From an uncultured delta proteobacterium (GTDB lineage Bacteria > Desulfobacterota > RBG-13-43-22): a stretch of 64,000 nucleotides of DNA. Both the position numbers and the translations under genes were made by a program. The stretch lies in contig CAWDKY010000053.1 of NCBI GenBank assembly GCA_963802945.1, positions 32,001 to 96,000 on the forward strand, written 5' to 3'. Each line of letters starts with the position of its first letter. Position 1 is the stretch's first letter. The notes beneath the pieces were generated by a model. The model saw only the letters and a list, made by a program, of their open reading frames with translations. It made no database searches and was not told where the DNA came from. This document shows positions 8,943-19,044 of the stretch, piece after piece.

Positions 8943-9033
8943 GCCCATGTGGCGTTAACCAGTGGCACGAAGCTTGAGGTGCTGAAGGCATATGCAAGCG
9001 AGTGACATCGGTATCCCAAGGCACGACAAACAC
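8943..9033. repeat. Dispersed repeat copy C / degenerate attC half
   Basis: cgttaaccagtggcacgaagcttgaggtgctgaaggcatatg matches copies A and B. Confidence 0.6.
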
Positions 9034-9276
9034 TTCGAATTTCAGATAACCTATTATAATTGATAAATATTATTTTGACAAATTAATTTCTAACCTTTAA
9101 GTTTTCATTTTGTTGAATTTTAAAACCTCCTAAGAGCGCTGTTGATTTGGGTTTGAATCTTGAATAATACTCGAAAGTACGCTACTCTCCAAATTACTTA
9201 TTAAGAAGATTGCTTTCACCACAGAGACACAGAGGGCGCAGAGAAGAACATCAGAAAGTTGAGAAACCCCTGCTTT

Positions 9277-9346
9277 GTCATTCCGGACTTGATCCGGAAT
9301 CCAGTTATTTCAAAATGGTCTGGATACCGGCGTTCGCCGGTATGAC
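9277..9346. repeat. REP-like paired palindrome
   Basis: gtcattccggacttgatccggaatccag...ctggataccggcgttcgccggtatgac. Confidence 0.8.
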
Positions 9347-9397
9347 GATTATTAGACTTTTTACGAGACCATCAATAATGAAGAAAGGAAAGAACCC

Positions 9398-10111
9398 ATG
9401 ATCGGAAATGTCCGTCGTTGTCTCGGTATTCTCACATTCGGTTTGCTTGTTCTCTGCGGGATTTCAGGCGTGCAGGCATCCGGGATCGCTGTGAAGGACG
9501 GTCAGACAATCGCCTTCCTTGGCGACTCCATCACTGATGATGGTTGGAATAATCCAACCGGTTTTGTGAGGCTTACCGTCGCCGGCCTCAAGGCCAACGA
9601 CATCAGGGTGGCTTCCATACCCGCCGGTATTAGAGGGAACACGTCTGATCAGATGCGGGAACGTCTCAAAAGAGATGTACTCGACAAGAAGCCGGACTGG
9701 ATGATCCTGAGCTGCGGCGTGAATGACGCCCGAGGCGTGCCGCTTGCCAGGTTTAAGACCAACATCACGGCCATTGTGGACCGGTGCAAGACAGGGGGTG
9801 TGAAAGTGGTCATTCTGACTGCGACGGTGATCGGCGAGGACCTGAATAACAAGTACAATAAGAAATTGGCTCTTTACAACGAGTTACTTCGCTCGCTGGC
9901 CAAGGAGAAGAAGTGCCTTCTAGCCGACCTCAACGTAATGTTTCATGAACGAATCAAGGCCGGCCACCTGCTGACCTCTGATGGTATCCATATGAACCCC
10001 GATGGCGATCAGGTAATGGCGATAGGTATACTGCGGGCCTTTGGGCTCAACATCGCCCAGATCAGGAAGGCCGAGAAAGCCTGGATGACTATTCGTGGCC
10101 ATGTCAACTAG
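9398..10111 (+). CDS. Exported SGNH/GDSL hydrolase
   Basis: FLGDSIT, GIRGN, CGVND and DGIH blocks; signal peptide. Confidence 0.92.
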   Translation: MIGNVRRCLGILTFGLLVLCGISGVQASGIAVKDGQTIAFLGDSITDDGWNNPTGFVRLTVAGLKANDIRVASIPAGIRGNTSDQMRERLKRDVLDKKPDWMILSCGVNDARGVPLARFKTNITAIVDRCKTGGVKVVILTATVIGEDLNNKYNKKLALYNELLRSLAKEKKCLLADLNVMFHERIKAGHLLTSDGIHMNPDGDQVMAIGILRAFGLNIAQIRKAEKAWMTIRGHVN

Positions 10112-10284
10112 CGCGCGGTATTAAAGTGTTCTCTTTGATAATAGGCTGAGGGCACCCCGGGAATGAAAATACTTTTTAGGATTCAAGGGGTCAAGGATTC
10201 GAGGATTCAAGTGAGGTGCCTGGAAGTTAACACCCTCGAATCCTAATTTGGATTAATTAACAGGATAAGGAAAAATATTTTATT

Positions 10285-10463
10285 ACAGGTTGCTCAAAAA
10301 GGTCCAGATACAAGGCGCCCGAAGTCCCGAGGAATGAGTCGTACATAGAAGTACGTCGCAATGACGAGGGATAAGGGCAACGCAGTAAATGGGCCTTTTT
10401 GTTCGCCCCACACCTCGTCTCACTCCCACCCCTTCGGGGCGGTGCCCGGTTTCAGCAACCTGT
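10285..10463. mobile_element. MITE-like element, copy 1
   Basis: Inverted ends ACAGGTTGCTCAA / TTCAGCAACCTGT; first ~40 bp identical to the copy at 48543. Confidence 0.7.
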
Positions 10464-12178
10464 CAATCATTCATCTGATATTCACCGTTAAGCGGAAATA
10501 CATATTTCTCCCAGACACGGCTAACCTGCTCATCATCCCCTGCGGTCCTGATCAGCATGATCTCCTTGCAAAATCCTCTTTGATCCTCTTTGGTCGCATT
10601 CATGCCATAGATCTGCAGGGCAAATGAGGCGAAGTCCCTGACCATAAAATTGAATATCTGGTTGATGATGTCCTTATCCAGATTTTCAATGCCGGACTGC
10701 TCAAGGATCAACTGTCCATAGACCACGATGGAAAACATCTCACCCAGAGGCAAAGAAAAGGAAGAATCCAAATCCTGCTTCTGATCCGGATAAGCCTTGG
10801 TCAATAATTCCTTGTAAAGTTCGATCTGTTTGATGAAGACAGCCACGTTCGGCAGGTCTTTATAGGAATCGAAAGTGGATTGATAGTCGTGAAAGCGGAC
10901 ATTACCCAGACCCTTGGCCGGTCCCTGGTTGAACAGGAACAAATCGTCTTCGGTCGAAAGGTTGGGTGGCACCGGGGGATAATCGAAAGGATTGAAAAAA
11001 TAATTCTTCATGAACTTGCGGATAAGCTGAATGTTGACATGCACCGTACCCTCCAGCTTGGACGGACCCCGAATGTCGCTGACACCCATGGAGAAGTAGG
11101 TGTCCTTCTCAAAACCCTTGGCGGCAATGACATCCCACAGCAGATTGATGACCTCTTCGGCCTGAAGGGTGACCTTCATCTTGCTGGTGGGATTGTAGAG
11201 CAGATAACGCCGGTCCTTTTCGTCGGCCTTCCGGAAATAATCGGTGGCCCGGCGCTGATAGAGCTTCATACCGACCAGACGGAGCCAGGCGTCCATGAAA
11301 TTCTTGCGCACGTGCGGCATATCGGTCACGCGAAGGCCATAGAGGATACGGTTGGCGGCGTGGGTGATGGCCTCGTAAAAGCAATGCTCAGCCACCCCGA
11401 TAGAAGCCGGGCCGATATTGAATTTCCCGATATTGACCGTATTAAGTGCAGAATCCCAGGCCTCCGAACCCCGCGAGAGGAGGTCTTCTTCTCCAATGGG
11501 GTAATCATGCAGGACGAAGTTGGACACATACTCCTGGTGAGAAATGACATTCTTTTTCAGCTCATAGGCCTTATGGCGGTAATTGGTGACGAAAAAGGCA
11601 TAGTCATTCGTGCCGTCTTTTATTTGGCCCATGGTCGAAACCATCTCGGCCTCGTTCCCGTTCCCGATATAATATTTCTCTCCATTGGCCACCCACTGGC
11701 CGTCTCCTTTTGGGGTGAGTGTCGTATCCGTATGGTAGATGTCGGCACCGTGGGCTCGTTCGGAAAGGCCGAAGGCGAAGATCGCCCCTTCCCTTAGAAG
11801 CTTGGCCGCCTTCTGTTTGGCCTTCTCGTTTTTACTCATCCAGATGGGCCCTAAGCCGAGGATGGTCACCTGGAAGCAATACCAGTAACCCAAGCCATAA
11901 AAGGCCAGGAGTTCGCTGTAGGCGTTGTTGCGGGCCGTATCCCAACGGCAATCCGGATCGCCGCCACCATAGGCCTTGGGGGTAAGCAGCTTGGAAAAGA
12001 TGCGTTCTTTTTTGATAAAATCGACAAATTCCTTGTACCAGACCTTCTTATTAAAGTCCTCAAGGAGCCTGGTCTTTCCCATGGTTTCAAAGAATTGGAT
12101 GGTCTTGGTCAAAATGGTTCGCGAACCTTCATCGATCATGAGGCCGGTGAATTTTTTAGGTTGAAGCAGGAAGTTCAT
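10463..12178 (-). CDS. Acyl-CoA dehydrogenase
   Basis: FAFGLSERAHGAD, NGEKYYIGN, KLEGTVHVN. Confidence 0.93.
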   Translation of the reverse strand: MNFLLQPKKFTGLMIDEGSRTILTKTIQFFETMGKTRLLEDFNKKVWYKEFVDFIKKERIFSKLLTPKAYGGGDPDCRWDTARNNAYSELLAFYGLGYWYCFQVTILGLGPIWMSKNEKAKQKAAKLLREGAIFAFGLSERAHGADIYHTDTTLTPKGDGQWVANGEKYYIGNGNEAEMVSTMGQIKDGTNDYAFFVTNYRHKAYELKKNVISHQEYVSNFVLHDYPIGEEDLLSRGSEAWDSALNTVNIGKFNIGPASIGVAEHCFYEAITHAANRILYGLRVTDMPHVRKNFMDAWLRLVGMKLYQRRATDYFRKADEKDRRYLLYNPTSKMKVTLQAEEVINLLWDVIAAKGFEKDTYFSMGVSDIRGPSKLEGTVHVNIQLIRKFMKNYFFNPFDYPPVPPNLSTEDDLFLFNQGPAKGLGNVRFHDYQSTFDSYKDLPNVAVFIKQIELYKELLTKAYPDQKQDLDSSFSLPLGEMFSIVVYGQLILEQSGIENLDKDIINQIFNFMVRDFASFALQIYGMNATKEDQRGFCKEIMLIRTAGDDEQVSRVWEKYVFPLNGEYQMND

Positions 12179-12466
12179 GGTTCACTCCTTTTTTGATCAG
12201 TTGGGCATTGGGTTTTTTTAGAATGTATCAGAAAATGGGATGAATTGTAAAATATTATTAACGGAATTATTGACCAGCCTGGTGACCTTATCAGAAAGAG
12301 GAGACCATTAAAATTCAATGGGGGTCAATATGTTCATTGACATTTTTCTCACTCAATATTAATAATAATTTTTATTAATGCCTTGTCGTTCTTTTGACGT
12401 GAACAGGTTTCTTCAACGTCCGATATCTAAACTTCGTTTTTCCAAAACAAAAAAAGGAGAATCATT

Positions 12467-13678
12467 ATGGCGGCGAATATCTTTACATCACCAAGGGAGA
12501 TCTATTATGGTTCCGGAGCTATTGAAAGTGTAAAAGGTTTATTAGGAAAACGCGCCCTGGTCGTCACCGACGCCGGCGTGAAGGCCCAGGGGCTGTCTGA
12601 CCGGCTGGGAGAGATCATTAAAGGCCAAGGAGCGGACCTGGCCGTATTCGATCAAGTGGAATCGGATCCCTCCCGCGAAACAGTCGGAAAGATCCTGGCC
12701 CTGGCCAAAGAGTTTCAACCTGATCTGTTTATCGCTCTGGGCGGCGGCTCCTCGATTGATGCCGCCAAGGCAACCTGGATTCTCTATGAAAATCCAGACA
12801 TGGTCGATCTTCCGGTGATCCAGGTGGGCATGAAGATTCAGCAGTGTGTCCTTCGGAGAAAAGCCCGCCTGATCGCCATTCCCACCACCAGCGGAACAGG
12901 CTCTGAAGTCACTAAAGCGGCCATAATTACCGATTTGACCAGAACTCCTCCCTACAAGGCGACCTGGATGGCCCCCCAAATCGTCCCGGATGCGGCCATC
13001 CTGGACCCTGAATTGACCGTCACCATGCCGCCCCAGATTACAGCCAACACCGGGATGGACGCCCTAGACCATGCGGTTGAGTGTTATGCCCTGACCACGC
13101 CCTCCGACCTGGTTGATCCCCTGGCCCTCTGGTCTGCCCGTACCATTTTTGAATGGCTCCCCAAGGCCGTTGCCAACGGCCAGGATCTTCAAGCCCGTGA
13201 ACGGATGCAGGTGGCTTCGCTCCAGGCCGGATTGGCCTTTACCAACGGAACCCTGGGTTTCGTTCATACTATGGCGCATATTCTCGGGGGTGAATTTCAT
13301 ATGCCCCACGGCCGGGCCATTGCCTATGTGATCTGCCCTGTCTTTTCTTCTTTCTACTCCAACCGCCGGCAACGCGTCGTCGGATTGGCCAAGGCCCTGG
13401 GCCTCCGGGGGAGAAATGATGCGGCCAAAGTTCAAGCCCTACTCAATTTATTCAATCAGCTTAAAAAGGATATCGGCATCCCTTTAGCCATTAAGGATTC
13501 CGACATATCTGAAAGTCAATTTCTCTCCAAGCTGGACTCTCTCATGGAAGTTTACAAGGTTCGGCTTTCGGTTGTACCTCCGGCCATGAAGGCGACGCTG
13601 GGGGTCCCGGATTCGCTGGAAGAAGTCCGGGCCCTTTGGCTGCATGCCTGGAACGGCACGACAGTTGAATTGAAATGA
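12467..13678 (+). CDS. Iron-containing alcohol dehydrogenase
   Basis: ALGGGSSIDAAK, IPTTSGTGSEVT, GMDALDHAVE, HTMAH..HG. Confidence 0.95.
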   Translation: MAANIFTSPREIYYGSGAIESVKGLLGKRALVVTDAGVKAQGLSDRLGEIIKGQGADLAVFDQVESDPSRETVGKILALAKEFQPDLFIALGGGSSIDAAKATWILYENPDMVDLPVIQVGMKIQQCVLRRKARLIAIPTTSGTGSEVTKAAIITDLTRTPPYKATWMAPQIVPDAAILDPELTVTMPPQITANTGMDALDHAVECYALTTPSDLVDPLALWSARTIFEWLPKAVANGQDLQARERMQVASLQAGLAFTNGTLGFVHTMAHILGGEFHMPHGRAIAYVICPVFSSFYSNRRQRVVGLAKALGLRGRNDAAKVQALLNLFNQLKKDIGIPLAIKDSDISESQFLSKLDSLMEVYKVRLSVVPPAMKATLGVPDSLEEVRALWLHAWNGTTVELK

Positions 13679-13772
13679 TGCCTATAAAAAGCAGCCGAAA
13701 CCTATCCGATTAGGATAAGAAGAACGAAATAGTTCTGAGATAGGGTTTCAAGAGGCATAACAAATTAATAAC

Positions 13773-13808
13773 AAATAGAAATGGGGACGTTTGTCCCCAT
13801 TTCTATTT
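13773..13808. terminator. Bidirectional hairpin between convergent genes
   Basis: AAATAGAAATGGGGAC-GTTT-GTCCCCATTTCTATTT, perfect 16-bp stem. Confidence 0.7.
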
Positions 13809-13889
13809 TTGAACCATCTTACCTTGTACAAGCCGACAGCCCCGAATGGATCCTCACTCACAACAGTGAACAACAGCGGGGCCCATTAC

Positions 13890-14786
13890 TTATTCAAACT
13901 TGAAGGACGACATCACATCGAGGTCCGGCTCGGCAATCAGGACCTGATCAATATGATCTGCTATATTCTGGGCCGTAGGCAGACCGTCTTTTTTATTGAA
14001 GCCCTTCGACATATTCATCTTGAATTCGGCTACCTTGACCCCGCCGGTCCCGCCGTGGGCCAGGATGACCCGGCCGTTCAAGCTCTTAGAGAGATCGGAA
14101 GCCAAAAAAACCACCAAGGGGGCCATAGTCGCCGGATTCAACATATCCTCAGTGATCCCTTTGAGGGCCGGAAGATCCGCAGTCATACGGGTATAGGCAT
14201 TGGGGCATATGGCATGGACCCGGATGCCGAACCGACCGAGTTCCGCCGCCGCTGTCTTAGTGAATCCATACATGCCCGCCTTGGCAAAACTATAATTGGC
14301 CTGGCCGAAATTTCCGAAGAGACCGGACATGGAAGTGGTGTTCATGATGACTCCTCCCTGGCCCTGGGTCTTCATAATACGTCCCGCCGCCCTGGTGCAC
14401 AGAAAGGTCCCTCTGGCATGGACCTTCTGGACCAGGTCCCAATCGTTTTCCTCCATGTTCAGGAGTGTTTTATCTCTCAGGATCCCGGCGTTGTGAACCA
14501 TAATATCCAGTCGGCCGAATTTGCTGAGGGCCTTCCAGATCATGTTGTCCACCCCTTCCAGGGTCCCGACGTCCGAATAATCGGCAGTGGCTTGGCCGCC
14601 CATGGCCTTGATTTCATCCACTACCTGATCGGCCACCATAGCCTGTTGTCCCGTTCCGTCCAGGGCTCCGCCCAAATCATTGATCACGACCTTGGCCCCT
14701 TCTTTGACCATGGCTAAGGCCTCCGCTCGGCCGACTCCCCGGCCTGAACCGGTAACAATCGCTACCTTACCATCTAATAGTCCCAT
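13890..14786 (-). CDS. SDR oxidoreductase (3-hydroxyacyl-CoA dehydrogenase/MFE-2-like)
   Basis: TGSGRGVG, NDLGG, NAGILRD, GNFGQANYSFAK. Confidence 0.93.
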   Translation of the reverse strand: MGLLDGKVAIVTGSGRGVGRAEALAMVKEGAKVVINDLGGALDGTGQQAMVADQVVDEIKAMGGQATADYSDVGTLEGVDNMIWKALSKFGRLDIMVHNAGILRDKTLLNMEENDWDLVQKVHARGTFLCTRAAGRIMKTQGQGGVIMNTTSMSGLFGNFGQANYSFAKAGMYGFTKTAAAELGRFGIRVHAICPNAYTRMTADLPALKGITEDMLNPATMAPLVVFLASDLSKSLNGRVILAHGGTGGVKVAEFKMNMSKGFNKKDGLPTAQNIADHIDQVLIAEPDLDVMSSFKFE

Positions 14787-15037
14787 TATTTTCCTCCTTT
14801 GAATGTTTATCTTTGAACCTAACTGCGATCATTTGACCTTATCCATTCCCACCTAATGATTTAGGGAAAGAAGAGAAAAAGATAAATTTTATGGATTCAT
14901 CATTTCTTCGTGATAAAAATCTATACTATCTCTAACCATATTGCCAACTAAAAAAATGCCAACTTTATTTATGTACGTCATACTCATCATAAATAAAGAA
15001 AAATTCACACAGGCAATATCGATACATCTTCCAACGA

Positions 15038-16321
15038 TCACCCAGGGCGGTAAACGGGTATGACATAAGGGCCTTCGGGGATGACGGCAATGTGTTTATC
15101 TCTTTTCTCAAACAGACATTTCTGAACGGCTTTAGGGAGCGAATCGATTATATCGACGCCGGTCAAGGCTTTTTCTTCCTTGCTCAGCCCTTCGCTGAAC
15201 AGATGGATGCTTCCGGCCTTCATGGCCTTGATCTGCATGACCGTTTCCCATTCATCCACGTCGGCATATATCTTCTGCTCGGCCTCAGCCAAAAAAGCGT
15301 CCATACCCAGATAATTCAATCTGTTCTGTGATTGGGCGAATTCCTTTGATCCCAAGCCTTCCGAGCATTCCGAAACGATAAAAAGATCCCCTCCCGGTTC
15401 CAGAATATCTGTCACCCCGAGCAGACCCTTGACAGTCTGATAGTAAGTTATATCCAAGGGATAGCCGGAAGCGCTGGTGATAACGGTCTTGAACTTTCGA
15501 GCCACGGGGATCTCAAAGAAGGGCCTGGCAAAACTGACAGCGGCAGAATGACTCTCCTCTATCAGGCCGAAATTCACAAAGGAGAGGTTCCGGTTTTCAT
15601 CGATAACCGTATTGACGGCCAGGATTTTACCGGCCATGCGGACCGCCCGCAAGAGTTCCTCATGCAATGGGTTGCCTTCCAGCAGACAATTAGTCGCCCG
15701 TTCATGTTGCAGGATCTTGGCAGAATGCAATACCTTGATGGTATCCTCATGGGCGATCCCGGGTAAAACGACCTTTCGGCCCCCGGAATATCCGGCCATA
15801 AAATGAGGCTCAACCAGCCCGACAACCAGCCGCAGATCCACATCCAAAAATCGTCTGTCCAGCTTCACCGGCGTGCCCCTGGGCGTTGTGCCCAGATACC
15901 GATGGTCGGCCTCGTTTCGTGCAAAGTGATTGACTGCCCGAACGTTCTTCAAGACCCAATCGTTTCCGATTATTTTGGCAAGTTCTTCTCTAATATTGGG
16001 TCGATGAAATCCTGTGGCCACCAGCAGAGTAATGGCCTTGAGTGGTATGCCGGATTGGATTAATGCCCGGATGATTTGCGGCAAGACCATCGCATTCGGA
16101 ACAGGCCGAGTGATGTCACATACCAGGATACAAACGCTTTGACATCCTTTGGCCTCTTCGGCCAAAGATTTACAACCTACCGGAAGGGACAAGGCCTTTT
16201 CTACAGACACCTCCGGATCACGGACTATCGGCATCTCCTTTTTCCGGATAATATCCGTCTTCAGGTCTTCAGGAAGATCAAAGGGCAATCCGGTCTTCCC
16301 ATATCTCATAACAATCCGCAT
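15038..16321 (-). CDS. larA: LarA-family nickel-pincer racemase/epimerase
   Basis: CDITRPVP, ATGFHR, VNH, EPHFMAGYSGGRKVVLPG, GYPLD..YQTVK; substrate unknown. Confidence 0.88.
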   Translation of the reverse strand: MRIVMRYGKTGLPFDLPEDLKTDIIRKKEMPIVRDPEVSVEKALSLPVGCKSLAEEAKGCQSVCILVCDITRPVPNAMVLPQIIRALIQSGIPLKAITLLVATGFHRPNIREELAKIIGNDWVLKNVRAVNHFARNEADHRYLGTTPRGTPVKLDRRFLDVDLRLVVGLVEPHFMAGYSGGRKVVLPGIAHEDTIKVLHSAKILQHERATNCLLEGNPLHEELLRAVRMAGKILAVNTVIDENRNLSFVNFGLIEESHSAAVSFARPFFEIPVARKFKTVITSASGYPLDITYYQTVKGLLGVTDILEPGGDLFIVSECSEGLGSKEFAQSQNRLNYLGMDAFLAEAEQKIYADVDEWETVMQIKAMKAGSIHLFSEGLSKEEKALTGVDIIDSLPKAVQKCLFEKRDKHIAVIPEGPYVIPVYRPG

Positions 16322-16459
16322 TTCATGCCTCTGGAAGAGTCAGACCATCTATTTCTCTTACAAAACAACGTGTACTGAAAAATCGAAACAACTTCATTCT
16401 TTGCCCGAAATTCATTCTTGATTATATTAACACAGCTTTAACCCAAAAAGGAAAGCTTT

Positions 16460-17191
16460 CAGAAGGGATTTGCCCAGAGTGAACTAATCCGTACCAAGAC
16501 AGATAAGATTGACGCCGGCATCATTGCCCGCTTCGCTCTAGCCATGAAACCAGACCCCTGGATTCCATCTCCACCGGAAATCAGGTCGCTTAGAGCCTCT
16601 GGTCAGACGGGCCGATAGCCTGATCGACATACTGACTCAGGAGAAAAATCGGCTGGGTACAGCTCATGAATCCGTAGTTCCCTTCATCAAGGAACATATG
16701 ACCTATTTAGATCAGGAAATCGAAAAAGTAAGGAAACAGATGGCCGAACTGATTGATCAGGATCCGAATCTGAGACAAAAAAAGAAATTACTACTTTCCA
16801 TCCCAGGTATCGGTAAGATAACTATCGCTGCTATCCTGGCCGAATTGTATGACCTGGATAAATTCAATCATGTCCGTGAACTGGTAGCTTTCATCGGACT
16901 TGCTCCCAAGGAAAAGATCTCAGGATCATCCATTAAAGGCAAACCCAGGCTAAGCAAGATCGGTCATGGGCGTCTCAGGAAAACTCTATACATGCCGGCG
17001 CTGGTATCGATTCAATGTAACCCCGTTATTATCCTTTTTTATAACCGGCGAAAAGAAAAAGGTAAAAATGGAAAAGTCATCGTTTGTGCGGTTATGCGGA
17101 AACTGGTTCATATTATTTTCGGCATCTTAAAATCAGGGAAGATGTTCGATCTAAATTATAAACCAACCTTCGCTTGACTAGAACGGTATCT
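16460..17191 (+). pseudogene. IS110-family transposase remnant (5'-truncated, frameshifted)
   Basis: KTDKIDA upstream in another frame; SIPGIG, GLAP..SGSS, RKLVHIIFGILK; right end TTGACtagaACGGTATCT. Confidence 0.88.
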
Positions 17192-17501
17192 ACTACTCTT
17201 CAAAAAGCTGGCTCAAAAAATTATCAATTACCGTTTGAAATGTGCATAAGAAAAGCAGGGTTAAAAATTCTGACCCTATCTACCCTTTTTTTGTTTATTC
17301 TCATACATTATCTTATCCGCTTGAATAAGTAGGACATCGATGGAACAAGGATTTTGGGGATCAAAACAGGCCAGACCCCAGCTCAGGGAGAGTATATAGG
17401 GACGCATTGTTCGGAGAAGATGGTCATTTTTAATATGCATACTGGATGGCACATGGGGATCTTAAGAATTAAGCATCGGCGATCGCATCCCCACCTGGCT
17501 G

Positions 17502-17532
17502 GGGCCTAGAAGTGGGAAACCCTTCTAGGCCC
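17502..17532 (-). terminator. Hairpin downstream of the lactonase gene
   Basis: GGGCCTAGAAG-N9-CTTCTAGGCCC. Confidence 0.5.
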
Positions 17533-17650
17533 TCCAGGCTTTCTAAGAATATAATCAAACAACCTCGTTGGTCATCATTTATGAATCTTTACAACAACCA
17601 GAGAAATCTGTGAAAATTTTTCCAGGAGGGTTGTTGGTGCCCAGCCGGCC

Positions 17651-18691
17651 TCATTTTTTCCCTGGTACAAAGTCCTTAATCCTGATGGCCACTATGGTGT
17701 TAAACCGTTTGTCATAGGGCAATCCATACCCCAAATTTGCCGTGTAAAGGATCCCATCCCGGACTATGAGACTACAGGGACCCTGGAATAAAGGACTGGC
17801 AATGGTAATTCGGTTTGGGTATCCCGTCGGAGGAATAACGGTGATCTGGTTTGCTCCCGGCTCGGCAATATAGAGGTACCCTTCGTCATCCATTTCTACA
17901 CCATCAAGCCAGGTATGTCCCCGGGAGTAAACCTCGGCCTTACCCGCACTCCCGTCCGCGTTGATGGGAATTTTAATGACCTTTCCCTCCAGGGTAGTAG
18001 TAACGGCATAAAGGTTTTTCTGGGCTTTATCGAGGACGATATCATTTACCCCCAGCGGTAAGTCTGGATCCGACAACCAGTTCAGGAGAGGGTCGTCTGA
18101 CCACATCGTGACTTTCTTGCCATCCGGTGAGATCTTCCAGATACCGGCGTAAGTCAGGTCGGTGAGGTAAATATTTCCCGCATTGTCGACTGCAACGTCG
18201 TCCGGGAAACAAAAGGGCCACCCGTCACCCCTCGTGGCCACTGGTGTGACCTGGCGGGTCTTAGCGTCGATCTTGTAAACTCCGCTCCTTGTGACCCTCA
18301 CATCGTGGCAAGCTGGATGGTTCTTGTTCGGTATATCGTTTTGAATATTGAGGTACTTAGAAACTTGGAGATAGGTAACATAAAGATTATTATCCTTATC
18401 CGCCTCGAGGCCGTAGATTTCTCCTTGGCCGCTTTCTTGCTTGGATGGCACCCAGGCCACGTGTTCATAAGCACCCTTGTCCTTCAGCAAGACAACTTCA
18501 CCTGTGTTATGCACCGTGGCGTAAAGGTTCTTTTTAGAGTCGACACAGAGTCCCTCTGGAGCGGCTGAGAGCTTGGTATAAACCCAGGTGCTGGGTCCTT
18601 GTGCCAAGGTAAGGTTAGGGACCAGGAAACCAATTGCCATTATTGTTGTTACTAAGTTGATTGCCACTATAAATTTTATTTTACTCCTCAT
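17651..18691 (-). CDS. Exported SMP-30/gluconolactonase-family beta-propeller
   Basis: PEGLCVD, FPDDVAVD..GNIYLTD, GVND, LDG.EMD.EG.LY; start MRSKIK with GGAGG RBS. Confidence 0.85.
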   Translation of the reverse strand: MRSKIKFIVAINLVTTIMAIGFLVPNLTLAQGPSTWVYTKLSAAPEGLCVDSKKNLYATVHNTGEVVLLKDKGAYEHVAWVPSKQESGQGEIYGLEADKDNNLYVTYLQVSKYLNIQNDIPNKNHPACHDVRVTRSGVYKIDAKTRQVTPVATRGDGWPFCFPDDVAVDNAGNIYLTDLTYAGIWKISPDGKKVTMWSDDPLLNWLSDPDLPLGVNDIVLDKAQKNLYAVTTTLEGKVIKIPINADGSAGKAEVYSRGHTWLDGVEMDDEGYLYIAEPGANQITVIPPTGYPNRITIASPLFQGPCSLIVRDGILYTANLGYGLPYDKRFNTIVAIRIKDFVPGKK

Positions 18692-19044
18692 TCTGCTACC
18701 TCCCTTTTTTATTTTAATAATTTGGAATCTAACCAACCCCAAGATGTCTATCAGCGGTTATTCCCCCTTTCTTTTGCCATTACTTTAAAAATGACGAAAT
18801 CTTCACCTCCTCTCATTCTCCCTCCAATTAACTACGGGTAGTGAAGCCCAGTATTATATTTGAGCCCTGCCTTAGATTCGGTTGGCTGTGACGACCTTCC
18901 ATATCCCGATCAGAAAGAACAAATGGTTTAGTATTATTATTTTTTACTTTAATCTCTCCCAGGGATTTAGTCAAAACAAAAAATTAGTGTTGAATCTGAT
19001 TCCCTTTCCCTTTGGAAATCAAATATCAGGGATTTTTGGATACC

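Noticed and set aside
10880-11797. 305-aa plus-strand ORF (likewise 13791-14717, 37847-38566 and 53208-53810)
   Set aside because: These are antisense shadows of well-supported genes, with no motifs or RBS.
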